The notes under the pieces are model-generated. The model had not been told where the DNA came from and ran no database searches. It saw only the letters and a program-made list of their open reading frames with translations. A stretch of 64,000 bases of DNA from Acidimicrobiia bacterium (GTDB lineage Bacteria > Actinomycetota > Acidimicrobiia > Spongiisociales > ZC4RG35): the NCBI GenBank assembly GCA_046484325.1, contig JAWOJB010000039.1:12686-76685 (forward strand), given 5' to 3'. Both the position numbers and the translations under genes were made by a program. Shown here piece by piece: positions 29,414-41,371 of the stretch. Numbering within the stretch: position 1 is the stretch's first letter; each line of letters begins with the position of its first letter.

Positions 29414-30781
29414 GTGGACGACGGGTTTGATCGTTCGTCCGAGCGTTTTCGACGCACCCTGCGCGAGAGCGTGTCGGAGAGCAACTGGGATGCCTGGCTC
29501 AGCGGCCTCCATGCGCGGGCCAACGACGGTGGCGTGACGATCCTGGCACCGAGCGAGTTCCATCTGCGCTGGGTCCGGGACAAACACGGTGGGATGGTCG
29601 AGGACGTGGTCCGCTCCGTCTATGGCACGGACGTCGCCGTCGACTTCGGGGTCGGTGAGACCCTGGCGCCGTTCGAGGCTGGCTCCGCCGAGCCCTTCAC
29701 CGACCCCGGTGTCCTGCCACCGATAGTGGCCGAGGCACCACCACCCGTGAACGGAGGGAGGCGGCTCGTCGAGCGCTACCGGTTCGAGAGCTTCGTCGTG
29801 GGCCCCTCGAATCGCTTCGCCTGGGCCGCCGCCATGGCGGTGGCCGAACAGCCCGGAACCCACTACAACCCGCTCTTCATCTACGGCGGGGCCGGACTCG
29901 GCAAGACCCACCTGCTCAACGCCATCGGGCATCTTGCGCTGGAGCTGTACCCCGGCCTGTCGGTGCGCTACGTCTCCTCGGAGACGTTCTTCAGCGACTT
30001 CATCGACTCGATCCGGCGCAAGCGGATGGACGACTTCAAACACCGCTACCGGACGACCGACCTGCTGCTCCTCGACGACGTGCAGTTCTTCGAAGGCAAG
30101 GAACAGATCCTCGAGGAGTTCTTTCACACCTTCAACACCCTCTACGAGTCCGGCAAGCAGATGGTGATCAGCTCGGATCGCCATCCCCGCAACCTGTCGA
30201 CGCTCGAAGACCGACTCCGCAGCCGCTTCGAATGGGGGCTCCTCACCGACATCCAGCCACCCGACGTGGAGACCCGCCTGGCCATCCTCAAGCGCCACGC
30301 CGAGGGCGCCCCTCATCCGGTAGCCGAGCCTGTGCTCGAGTACATCGCCGGGCTCGTCTCCGACAACATCCGCGAGTTGGAGGGCGCCTTCACGCGGGTG
30401 TCCGCCTATGCCATGCTCACCCACCAGACCGTCGACCTGGCGATGGCGGAGAGGGTCCTCCAGGATCTCCTCCCCGGGCACGAGTCGAAGCGGGTGAGCC
30501 CCGAGGACATCATCCGCGCCACCGCCGATGCATTCGGGTTCCCGGTCGAGGACGTGGTCGGCGGCAGTCGCCGTCAGCCCCTCGTCCAGTGCCGCCAGGT
30601 GGCCATGTACCTGTGCCGTGAGCACACCGACCTCTCCCTCCCCAAGATCGGGGCGCTCTTTGGAGGCCGCGACCACACGACGGTCCTGTACGCGCTCGAG
30701 AAGGTCAAGCGGGTGATGCGCAGCGATCGACGGGTGTTCGACCTCGTGTCCGAGCTCTCCCAGGACCTGAGGAGAACCTGA
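29414..30781 (+). CDS. dnaA: chromosomal replication initiator protein DnaA
   Basis: ORF 455 aa. GTG start preceded by GGAGGAGGAG. Walker A GGAGLGKTHL, sensor LLLDDVQFF, C-terminal DNA-binding GGRDHTTVLYA. Confidence 0.97.
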   Translation: MDDGFDRSSERFRRTLRESVSESNWDAWLSGLHARANDGGVTILAPSEFHLRWVRDKHGGMVEDVVRSVYGTDVAVDFGVGETLAPFEAGSAEPFTDPGVLPPIVAEAPPPVNGGRRLVERYRFESFVVGPSNRFAWAAAMAVAEQPGTHYNPLFIYGGAGLGKTHLLNAIGHLALELYPGLSVRYVSSETFFSDFIDSIRRKRMDDFKHRYRTTDLLLLDDVQFFEGKEQILEEFFHTFNTLYESGKQMVISSDRHPRNLSTLEDRLRSRFEWGLLTDIQPPDVETRLAILKRHAEGAPHPVAEPVLEYIAGLVSDNIRELEGAFTRVSAYAMLTHQTVDLAMAERVLQDLLPGHESKRVSPEDIIRATADAFGFPVEDVVGGSRRQPLVQCRQVAMYLCREHTDLSLPKIGALFGGRDHTTVLYALEKVKRVMRSDRRVFDLVSELSQDLRRT

Positions 30782-30784
30782 GTG

Positions 30785-30970
30785 CTGTCCACAGGGCCCG
30801 GCCGACAGCCCGACCTCCTGTGGAGGACGGCACCCGCCGTCCACACCCCCTGGGGAGAGGGATCCCCAGGTGTCATCAGATCCCGTACGATCTCTCCACA
30901 ATCCACAGTGCCTGCTACTACCACTACCACCGATCGATAGATCGAAGAAGACAGAGAAGGGAAACCGACC
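30785..30970. other. candidate oriC core: DnaA-box cluster plus AT-richer stretch in the dnaA-dnaN spacer
   Basis: TCCACA-core boxes at 30785-30793 (CTGTCCACA), 30819-30826 (inverted TGTGGAGG), 30838-30846 (CGTCCACAC), 30893-30901 (TCTCCACAA) and 30900-30908 (AATCCACAG). These are followed by cgatcgatagatcgaagaagacagagaagggaaa. The dnaA-dnaN spacer is the usual oriC site in Actinomycetota. Confidence 0.6.
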
Positions 30971-30971
30971 T

Positions 30972-32054
30972 GTGCGAATCCGAGCCGAGCGGGACGATCT
31001 GGCCGATGTCTTCTCCCGCGCCAATCGCGCCGTAGGGAGCCGTACCGCCCTGCCGGTACTCCAGGGGCTCCTCTGCGAGGCCACCGGATCGACCTTACGG
31101 GTCACCGGCACGGACCTCGAGATGACCGCCCGAACCCAGGCACCGGTCGAGGTGATGGAGGAGGGCAGGGTGGTGATCCCAGGCAGGCTGGTCTCCGAGG
31201 CCGTCCGGAAACTGCCGGCGGGGCCTGTCACGGTGGGCTCGAACGACGGCGAGGTCGAGATCGTCGGCCGGGGCCCACGCTTCACCCTCCGCCAGCTCTC
31301 GCTGGAGGATTTCCCCGCGCTCGACGATACCCCCGTGCAGGGAACCGAGGTCGATGGGGACGATCTGGCCCAGGCGATCTCGCAGGTCGTGACCGCCGCC
31401 TCGGGTGACGCCGCCCGTCCCATCCTCACCGGGGTGCTCTTCGAGCCGGGCGAGGACGGTCTCCGGCTCGTCGCCACGGACTCGTATCGTTTGGCTGTGC
31501 GTGATCTGCCCGGTGTCGGGATCGGGGCCAGTGGCCTGGTTCCGGCCCGCGGCCTCCGGGAGATGGCGCGGACGATCGGGGCCGCCAAGGTCAACGTCGC
31601 CCTGGAGGGGAGGGAGGGCGTGTTCGCCAGCGATCGGGGCAGCCTCCGCCTCCGGCTCATCGAGGGCACCTTCCCGAAATACCGGTCGCTCCTGCCCGAT
31701 TCGTATCCGAACCGGGTGGTCGTCGACAAGGCGGATCTGCTCGATGCGTTGGGGCGGGTCGCGCTGGTCGCCGAAGACCACATCCCCGTTCGTCTCACGG
31801 TCGGTTCCGGCGGGGTAGAGGTGGCGGTGACCCGCCAGGACGTGGGCGCCGAGGCCGAGCACCTCGACGGGGACTTCTCAGGGGAGACCGAGGAGATCCT
31901 CATCGCCTTCAACCCGCGCTACCTGGCGGAGGGTGTGGCGGCCATCCCGGGCGAGCGGGTGCGGATCCAGGTGATCGACGGCCTCAAGCCGAGCGTCATC
32001 GACGATGCCGAGACTGGCGGGTTCCTCTACCTGCTCATGCCGGTCCGTATCTGA
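30972..32054 (+). CDS. dnaN: DNA polymerase III beta sliding clamp
   Basis: 3' part of ORF 30870..32054. GTG start at VRIRAERDDLADVFSRANRAV. Typical beta-clamp length (360 aa) and position. Confidence 0.95.
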   Translation: MRIRAERDDLADVFSRANRAVGSRTALPVLQGLLCEATGSTLRVTGTDLEMTARTQAPVEVMEEGRVVIPGRLVSEAVRKLPAGPVTVGSNDGEVEIVGRGPRFTLRQLSLEDFPALDDTPVQGTEVDGDDLAQAISQVVTAASGDAARPILTGVLFEPGEDGLRLVATDSYRLAVRDLPGVGIGASGLVPARGLREMARTIGAAKVNVALEGREGVFASDRGSLRLRLIEGTFPKYRSLLPDSYPNRVVVDKADLLDALGRVALVAEDHIPVRLTVGSGGVEVAVTRQDVGAEAEHLDGDFSGETEEILIAFNPRYLAEGVAAIPGERVRIQVIDGLKPSVIDDAETGGFLYLLMPVRI

Positions 32055-32057
32055 CGC

Positions 32058-33145
32058 GTGCGGCTCGACTGGATCCAGCTGCACCGATTTCGGTGCTACT
32101 CAGAACTCCGATTTGTCCCCGATCCCGGCGTCAACCTCCTCATCGGCGAGAACGGAGCCGGTAAGACCTCCCTCCTGGAGGGAATCGGGTACCTCTCGAG
32201 TCTCAGCTCCTTCCGGAACGTGCCCGATGCCGAGCTCGTGGCGGAAGGGGAGGAGGTGGCGGCGGTGCGAGGCTCGATCGGGAGGGAGGAGAGCCCCTCG
32301 CTGGTGGAGGTCGAGATCCGTCGCCGGGGCGGGAGGCGGGCATTGCTCGATCGGACGAGGCTCCAGCGCTCCTCCGACCTGCTCGGCGTGGTGCGGGTGG
32401 TGACCTTTCTCCCCGACGATCTCGACCTCGTGAAACGCGGCCCCGGGTACCGGCGGGACCTGTTGGACAGCACCGCCGTGCAACTCTGGCCGGGATCCCA
32501 TGCCGACCAGGCCGAGTTCGAGCGCGCCCTCCGGCAACGGAATGCCTTCCTGCGGGCCGGGGTGCCCGATGAGACGACCCTGGCGGTCTGGGACGAGCGT
32601 CTGGCATTGGCGGGCGGGCGGGTGATGGCGCGGCGGGCCCAGTGCGCGCGCGCCCTCTCCGAGCGTCTGGGGGGCGCCTATCGGGCGGTTGCGGGATCCG
32701 GGCCCGACGTGGCGCTCGTCTATCGGTCGGAATGGGGTGCCGACCTCGACCCATCGGTTGGGGCGACCGAGTGGGCAGCCATGCTCGTCGAGCGACTCCG
32801 GGGCCGGCGTCGCGAGGACTTCGAACGACGGCAGACATCCACGGGCCCGCAGCGAGACGAGCCGGTCTTCCTCCTGGACGGGCACGACATCCGCTTTCGT
32901 GGAAGCCAGGGTGAACAGCGGACACTGGCGCTGGCGGTCCGGCTCGCCACCCACACGGCGGTCGAGGAGGTCGTGGGGGTCACCCCGCTGCTCGTTCTCG
33001 ACGACGTGTTCAGCGAGCTCGACGAGAAGCGGTCGAGGGCGCTCGCCGACGCCCTCCCGACAGCCCAGACGTTCATCTCGTCCGCCCGGCCGGAGGACGT
33101 GCCGGTTCGGGGCCGGGTCTGGTCGGTCACGCGAGGAGCGGTGCG

Positions 33146-33149
<4 letters not shown>
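32058..33149 (+). CDS. recF: DNA replication/repair protein RecF
   Basis: ORF 363 aa. Walker A GENGAGKTSLLEG, signature GSQGEQRTLALA, Walker B LLVLDDVFSELD. Confidence 0.95.
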
Positions 33150-35462
<2,313 letters not shown>

Positions 35463-35475
35463 ACAGGGGAACCCG

Positions 35476-37914
35476 ATGAGCGACGACCAGGCCGACAACG
35501 GCGCGTCCCGATCGCCGACGATCGACATCAACGAGGAGATGGCCCAGTCCTTCGTGGACTACGCCATGTCGGTGATCGTGTCCCGAGCCCTACCCGACGT
35601 CCGCGACGGGCTGAAGCCGGTGCAGCGGCGGATCGTGCACGCCATGAACGAGGCGAATCTCGGCCCCGGAACCCGGCACCGGAAGTCGGCCACGGTGGTG
35701 GGCGACGTCATGGGCCGTTTCCATCCTCACGGGGACCAGGCCATCTACGACGCCCTGGTGCGCCTCGGCCAGAGCTTCTCCCTCCTCCACCCCCTGATCG
35801 ACCCGCAGGGGAACTTCGGGTCGATCGACGACCCCCCGGCCCAGATGCGCTACACCGAGTGCCGGCTCGCCTCGATCGCCGAGCGCCTGCTCGAGGGGAT
35901 CGACGAGGACACCGTCGACTTCGTCCCCAACTACGACGGCGAGCACCAGGAGCCCGCCGTGCTCCCCGCCCGCTTCCCCAACCTGCTCGTCAACGGGTCG
36001 CAGGGGATCGCGGTGGGGATGGCGACGAACGTCCCGCCCCACAACCTGGGCGAGGTGATCGACGCCTGCCTGCACGTGCTCGAGCATCCCGATGCCGGAT
36101 CCGACGAGCTCATGCGGTTCGTCAAGGGCCCCGACTTCCCCACCGGCGCCTACATCGTCGGCACCTCCGGGGCGAAGGAGGCCCTGGCGACCGGCCGCGG
36201 CTCGGTCAAGATGCGGGCGGTGGCCGACATCCAGGAGGTGCGGAAGGGCCGCACCGCCATCGTGGTCACCGAACTGCCCTACCAGGTCTCTCAGGACCGG
36301 GTCATGGAGAAGATCGCCGACCTCGTCCACGACAAGCGGCTCGAGGGGATCGCCGATCTCCGTAACGAGTCGTCGGCCCGGGTGGGCACCCGCCTCGTCA
36401 TCGAGCTGAAGAGCACGGCGGTGCCCCAGGTCGTGCTCAACCAGCTCTACAAGCTCACCCAACTGCAGGACACCTTCGGGGTCAACATGGTCGCCCTCGT
36501 CGACGGCGTCCCCCGCACCCTCAACGTCGCCTCGATCGTCCGCCACTACCTCGACCACCAGATGGAGGTCATCGAGCGACGGACCCGGTACCGGCTGGAG
36601 AAGGCCAAGGCCCGGGCTCACATCCTCGAAGGGCTCATCGTCGCAGTCGACAACATCGACGAGGTGGTGAGGATCATCCGGGGCTCGGACGACACCCCCG
36701 ACGCCCGCAGCCGCCTGATCGAGCGCTTCGAGCTCTCCGAGATCCAGGCCAACGCCATCCTCGACATGCCGCTCCGGCGGCTCTCCGCCCTCGAGACCGA
36801 GAAGCTCCGGAGCGAGCTGGCCGAGCTCCACCAGCTCATCACCGGTCTCGAGGCGATCCTCGCCGAGCCGGCTCGCCGCCGGGCCATCATCGCCGAGGAG
36901 CTGGCCGCGGTGAAGGACAAGTTCGCGGTACCCCGCCGTACCCGCATCGTGCCGGACGAGGGTGACCTCACGCTCGAGGACCTCATCGCCGACGAGGAGC
37001 TGATCGTCACCGTGTCGTCATCGGGCTATGTGAAGTCGGTCCCTTCCGCCATCTACCGGACCCAGGCCCGTGGCGGGCGGGGGGTCAAGGCCGCCGAGCT
37101 CCGCGAGGACGACGTGATCGCCCACATGGTCCACACCACCGCCCACGCGTACCTGCTGTTCTTCACGAACAAGGGTGTGGTCCACCGAATCAAGGCGCAC
37201 GAGATCCCGAAACAGGCTCGAACCTCCAAGGGGGTGCTGGCCCAGTCGGTTCTCCCGCTCGAACCCGAGGAGCGCATCCAGGCCATCATCGACACCCGCG
37301 ACTACGAGACCAACCGGTATCTGGTGATGGTGACCCGTCTCGGACAGGCCAAGAAGACCGAGTTCAAGGAGTACGACTCCCGCAACCAGACCCTCAAGGC
37401 CATCCGCCTCGCCGAGGCAGACGAGCTGGTGGCGGTGCGCACCACGAACGGCGAGAACGACCTGCTCATCTTCACCGAGCAGGGCCAGGGGATCCGGTTC
37501 AAGGAGTCGGACCTCCGGCCGATGGGGCGCGACACCCAGGGCGTGAGGGGGATCCGGCTGCGGCCGGGGGACCGGGTGGTGTCGGCCGCCTCGTCTGCGG
37601 ACGGCGACGAGGTCCTGCTCATCACCTCGGCCGGATACGGCAAGCGCACCGCGATGGACCAGTTCCCCCGGCAGGGTCGCGGGGGGATGGGCGTGAAGGC
37701 CATGAAGCTCACCCGGGTGCGGGGCCGGCTTATCGGAGCGCGGGCGGTCGCGAGGGACCAGCAGGTCTTCCTCGTCTCGTCTGCAGGAGTCGGCATCCGC
37801 ACCGGAGCGGGCACCATCAGCCGCCAAGGGCGGGATGCCACGGGCGTCAAGGTGATGGACGTCGGGTCGGGGGAGCTGTCGACGTTCACGATGGTTGCCG
37901 AGAACGGCGACTGA
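35476..37914 (+). CDS. gyrA: DNA gyrase subunit A
   Basis: ORF 812 aa with YAMSVIVSRALPDVRDGLKPVQRR, active-site region AQMRYTECRL and C-terminal beta-pinwheel repeats. Confidence 0.97.
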   Translation: MSDDQADNGASRSPTIDINEEMAQSFVDYAMSVIVSRALPDVRDGLKPVQRRIVHAMNEANLGPGTRHRKSATVVGDVMGRFHPHGDQAIYDALVRLGQSFSLLHPLIDPQGNFGSIDDPPAQMRYTECRLASIAERLLEGIDEDTVDFVPNYDGEHQEPAVLPARFPNLLVNGSQGIAVGMATNVPPHNLGEVIDACLHVLEHPDAGSDELMRFVKGPDFPTGAYIVGTSGAKEALATGRGSVKMRAVADIQEVRKGRTAIVVTELPYQVSQDRVMEKIADLVHDKRLEGIADLRNESSARVGTRLVIELKSTAVPQVVLNQLYKLTQLQDTFGVNMVALVDGVPRTLNVASIVRHYLDHQMEVIERRTRYRLEKAKARAHILEGLIVAVDNIDEVVRIIRGSDDTPDARSRLIERFELSEIQANAILDMPLRRLSALETEKLRSELAELHQLITGLEAILAEPARRRAIIAEELAAVKDKFAVPRRTRIVPDEGDLTLEDLIADEELIVTVSSSGYVKSVPSAIYRTQARGGRGVKAAELREDDVIAHMVHTTAHAYLLFFTNKGVVHRIKAHEIPKQARTSKGVLAQSVLPLEPEERIQAIIDTRDYETNRYLVMVTRLGQAKKTEFKEYDSRNQTLKAIRLAEADELVAVRTTNGENDLLIFTEQGQGIRFKESDLRPMGRDTQGVRGIRLRPGDRVVSAASSADGDEVLLITSAGYGKRTAMDQFPRQGRGGMGVKAMKLTRVRGRLIGARAVARDQQVFLVSSAGVGIRTGAGTISRQGRDATGVKVMDVGSGELSTFTMVAENGD

Positions 37915-37973
37915 CGGGTCCGGGGCAGCGGGGAGCCGGCCGGTAGACTGCATCCACCCGAAGGAGTGTTCCC

Positions 37974-38444
37974 ATGACGACCGTGCGCCGAGTCCGTCGG
38001 GTCGTACGACGCGTGGACGCCTGGACCGTCTTCAAGGTCTCCGCCCTCCTCTTCCTCGTGCTCGGGGTGGCGGTGGTGCTCGGGCTCGTAATGGCCTGGT
38101 CGGTGATCGAGCGGGCGGGAATCCCCCAGAGGATCACCGAGTTCCTGATCGACATCACGATGCTCGAGGAGGGGTCGGCTCCGTTCGGTGAGTCGGATCG
38201 GTTCCTCCGCGTGGCGGTCTTCGGCACCCTCGTCTGGTCGGTGCTCTCGATCGGGCTCGCCACGCTCGGTGCCGTCATGTACAACCTGGTTGCCGACATC
38301 GTCGGAGGGGTCGAGGTGGTTGTGCTCGAAGAGGTGCTTCCCCCGCCGCCCGCAGCCCCGGCGGTGACGCCCCCGCTACGCCCGCCCGCCATGTCGAATG
38401 TCGACCTCCCCACCGAGGAGACCCCGGTCAGCTCCGGGGAGTGA
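37974..38444 (+). CDS. DUF3566-type transmembrane protein (Rv0007 position)
   Basis: ORF 156 aa. RRVRRVVRRVDAWTVFKVSALLFLVLGV and second helix VWSVLSIGLATLGAVMYNLVADIVGG. Conserved just downstream of gyrA in actinobacteria. Confidence 0.7.
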   Translation: MTTVRRVRRVVRRVDAWTVFKVSALLFLVLGVAVVLGLVMAWSVIERAGIPQRITEFLIDITMLEEGSAPFGESDRFLRVAVFGTLVWSVLSIGLATLGAVMYNLVADIVGGVEVVVLEEVLPPPPAAPAVTPPLRPPAMSNVDLPTEETPVSSGE

Positions 38445-39105
38445 CGGTTTCGGCCACGACGAGCCCCATGGCACGCCCCATGGCGAGGTAGTCGCCGGCC
38501 CATTCCCATACCGGGTGGGCACCGGGTTTCGAGGAGAGCCCGGTGATACCGGCGGCGAGGCAGACGGCGTCCAGGAAGGCGGCATCGTCCACCACGGTCA
38601 CCGTATGGCCGGAATCTTCGGCCAGCACCCCCGCCCACGGACCCTCGACGGGCGCCCACTCCGGGACGTCGGTGCCCAGGGTGTGCACCGACCCGATGGG
38701 GGCCGGGAACCCGGCCGTCGGCCCGCGGCCGGGGGGTCTCCCCGGCGTTGTGACCACCAGGCGGGCGGCTGAGAGGCCGAAGACCTCCGCCAGTGCCCTC
38801 ACCAGACCTGCCGGAGAGGCCTGGGTCACGATCGGGATGCCGTGGCGGGCCTTCGGGTCGAGAGGGGTGACCGCCGGCACGCTTGCCGCCGATGCCATCT
38901 CCAGGGCCGTCTCGTCCGTGGCCAGGACGGCATCCCATCCGTCGATCGCGTCGATTCGGCGGGCGTTGGCCCAGGTGGCGGGTGGTGAGCGGTCCAGTAG
39001 CCCGATCTCGGCGACGGCGGGGTCGGCGGCGAGGGCGTGGATCGCCCGCATCTCGCGCTCCCCGCGCGGTACGACGGCGACGCGGAGCGGGGTCGGGGAG
39101 GGCAC
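38428..39105 (-). CDS. hypothetical protein (225 aa), last gene of a lipoprotein/SprT-like operon
   Basis: ORF with coding-like third-position GC. N-terminal LRVAVVPRGEREMRAIHALAADPAVAEIGLLDR resembles a nucleotide-binding beta-alpha-beta start. No family recognised. Its 3' end overlaps the DUF3566 gene by 17 nt. Confidence 0.45.
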   Translation of the reverse strand: MPSPTPLRVAVVPRGEREMRAIHALAADPAVAEIGLLDRSPPATWANARRIDAIDGWDAVLATDETALEMASAASVPAVTPLDPKARHGIPIVTQASPAGLVRALAEVFGLSAARLVVTTPGRPPGRGPTAGFPAPIGSVHTLGTDVPEWAPVEGPWAGVLAEDSGHTVTVVDDAAFLDAVCLAAGITGLSSKPGAHPVWEWAGDYLAMGRAMGLVVAETVTPRS

Positions 39106-39138
39106 GGGTCGAGTGTAGGGAGGTCGAGTACCACGTGG

Positions 39139-39567
39139 TCAGGGCCGCCGAAGGTGTGGCGCGATCTCCGGCCGTCCGGCCACCCGCTCGGCCGCCCGGT
39201 CGTAGGCGGCAACCCACACCTTGCCGTGCCCGGGGGTTGACGGCGGGGCGGCATGGGCGACGAGGTGGTGACCGAGTTCGTGGGCGATGACTCCGGCGGT
39301 GGTGACGGCCCCGATCCGGAGCCGGCCCGGGCTCCCCGGCTCGTAGAGCCCGGTGTGGACAGCCCGGTTCGCCCGGACGCGTAGTTCGGGAGGCGGCAGC
39401 CTCAGGTCCGCGGACGTCTCCTCGACGATCCAACATATGGTGGTGGGGTCGGCCACGACCACGTGATCGAGCTCGAGGAGCAGGCCAAAGTCGCGGGAGA
39501 ACCGTCGAAGCATGTGCTCGTGGCGAACGGTGCGCCGAAACCCGGGAGGGGCGCGGTGGATGGGCAT
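39139..39567 (-). CDS. small SprT-like zinc metalloprotease-fold protein
   Basis: ORF 142 aa with HEXXH plus downstream His-Gly: VIAHELGHHLVAHAAPPSTPGHGKVW. Confidence 0.55.
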   Translation of the reverse strand: MPIHRAPPGFRRTVRHEHMLRRFSRDFGLLLELDHVVVADPTTICWIVEETSADLRLPPPELRVRANRAVHTGLYEPGSPGRLRIGAVTTAGVIAHELGHHLVAHAAPPSTPGHGKVWVAAYDRAAERVAGRPEIAPHLRRP

Positions 39568-39576
39568 CGCCCCCGC

Positions 39577-40608
39577 TCAGGGGATCGGTACCAGGTCGAG
39601 CGGGATCACCCCTGGCTCCTGGTCGAAGGCTCCGACCTGGAGGGCGAGCTCGGCGGCGGCGACGGGGACGAGGAACGCCACCCAGGCCTCGGTGGCCGCA
39701 CCCGGGATGGCCGTGGGGCTCGCCACGCTCCCTCCCGGAGCCTCGGCTGTGTCCCACGGTGCCAGCGCCAGTCCGTCCACGAGGAGCCGGAAGGCATCGT
39801 GAAGGAGGTCGTTGCCGCGACCGCTGACCTTCTCGGCCCTGACGTGGATCACGAGGAACAGCTCTCCCTCATCCGCCCGCTCACCGGTCGGCGAGGTGGA
39901 GTCCTCGTGGGGACGGTCCTCGGAGAAGGTGGCATCGAGGGCGGAGAAGACGATCGTTCCCCCGTTGGTGGGCCCCACGCCCTCGGCGAAGCCGGTGAGC
40001 TCCACGGTCACCGGGTAGTCGGCCTCCGGAACCGGGCCGGTGAGAGGCAGCACCTCGGTCCGGTCGGGTGGGGCACCCACCACGAGGAGGGCGCGGGCGA
40101 GATCGGTGCCCGGCTCCACCGGGAAGGCCAGAAACGACTCCACCGTGGTGTTCGGCCGGATCAGTGATCCGACCTCGGAGAGGAAGCTCATGCTCGGGTC
40201 GGGAGCGATCTCGGTGCCGGAGACTGCGAGGCGAAAGGCGTCGATGCCGATCCCGATCTGGCTCTTGCCGGTCTGGTTCGTCCCCCGGATGTCGAGGTAC
40301 GCGTAGGTGGTCGTTTCGTCGATCGCGGGGTCCGGATCATCCTCGGCGTACGACCGCGGATCCTGATTGGACGACCGCACGCCCGTGACGGTCAACTCGA
40401 TGTTGGCGAAGACCGTCGACCGCTCCTCGAACCCCTCCAGTTCTTCGACCTGGAGGACCGGCTCGGCTTCGGTCGTGGTCGTGGTGGCGGCCGTGGTCGA
40501 GGTGGTGGGAGCGGGGGTGGTCGTGGTGGACACCGCAGTCGATCCTCCGCACCCGGTCAGTGCCAACGCCGCGGCCAGCCACAGGAATCCACGCAGTCTC
40601 GACACCAT
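39577..40608 (-). CDS. secreted lipoprotein with Thr-rich linker and two beta-rich (DUF4352-like) modules
   Basis: ORF 39577..40701. Start at MVSRLRGFLWLAAALALTGC (lipobox LTGC). TTTTPAPTTSTTAATTTTT linker. Confidence 0.6.
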   Translation of the reverse strand: MVSRLRGFLWLAAALALTGCGGSTAVSTTTTPAPTTSTTAATTTTTEAEPVLQVEELEGFEERSTVFANIELTVTGVRSSNQDPRSYAEDDPDPAIDETTTYAYLDIRGTNQTGKSQIGIGIDAFRLAVSGTEIAPDPSMSFLSEVGSLIRPNTTVESFLAFPVEPGTDLARALLVVGAPPDRTEVLPLTGPVPEADYPVTVELTGFAEGVGPTNGGTIVFSALDATFSEDRPHEDSTSPTGERADEGELFLVIHVRAEKVSGRGNDLLHDAFRLLVDGLALAPWDTAEAPGGSVASPTAIPGAATEAWVAFLVPVAAAELALQVGAFDQEPGVIPLDLVPIP

Positions 40609-40716
40609 CCCACCCTCTCGATCTCGGCAGGGCCGGCCGGCGGACACGTCCGAGAGCCGGGCGTGCGCCCGAGGTCTAGTCGGTCGGGGCGGCGCATGCA
40701 CGGGTTTTCTCGCGGA

Positions 40717-41298
40717 TCACCCCCGGTACAGGTCGAAAATCCCGTTTCGCCCGGGGACGGTGACCTGTGCCTCCACCGCCAGCCCGGCTCTCGCCGCCGG
40801 CGCCTGGTGGCGCTCGTCGGCGGACCGAACCGCCAGGTAGACGGCTGGGAACTCCCACTCCCTGCCGAGCCAGTCGAGGACACCCGTGAGGAGGCGATCC
40901 ACCGCGTCCGGTGCAGGGTGGCTCCGTCGGACCCAGAGACCCAGTACGGCCGCGCCGGTCGGGAGTCGCCCTATCAGATCGGGGTTCGCCTCCGCGAGTC
41001 GGTCGGTGTCCGCCAGGTAGACGCAGCCGAGGCATTCGGAGCGGTCCGACCTGAGAACGGTGAAGGTGAAGGCGACACCCTCCTCGTGCTCGCGCTGGTG
41101 GCGGGCGAGGTCCTCCCGGTTCTCGTCGACTGTGAAGTCGTCGGCCGGCCAGGTGCTGCCGCTCCACTCTCGGAGCCACTCCCTGGTGTCCATCACCGCG
41201 GCATAGTCGAGCTCGACGTGGTCGGTCGTGAGCGGCTCGAGGAAGAACTCGTCGATGGTCGTCGTGGCCGGCGCGCTGGAACCCGGTAGCCCGAACAC
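40717..41298 (-). CDS. GNAT-family (RimJ/Acetyltransf_3-like) acetyltransferase
   Basis: ORF 193 aa. The LEPLTTDHVELDYAAVM...WPADDFTVDENREDLARHQREHEEGVAFTFTV pattern is typical of this GNAT subgroup. By-eye call. Confidence 0.5.
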   Translation of the reverse strand: MFGLPGSSAPATTTIDEFFLEPLTTDHVELDYAAVMDTREWLREWSGSTWPADDFTVDENREDLARHQREHEEGVAFTFTVLRSDRSECLGCVYLADTDRLAEANPDLIGRLPTGAAVLGLWVRRSHPAPDAVDRLLTGVLDWLGREWEFPAVYLAVRSADERHQAPAARAGLAVEAQVTVPGRNGIFDLYRG

Positions 41299-41371
41299 CG
41301 GGTCATTGAACCAGGGCCAGGGGCTCGCGGTGGGTCCGGGTAGGGAGGGGTCCGGACTCCGAAGGACTGGA

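Noticed and set aside
29153-31912. 919-aa minus-strand ORF across the origin
   Set aside because: It is antisense to dnaA and dnaN and spans the non-coding oriC spacer. The sequence is low-complexity, so this is a GC artefact.
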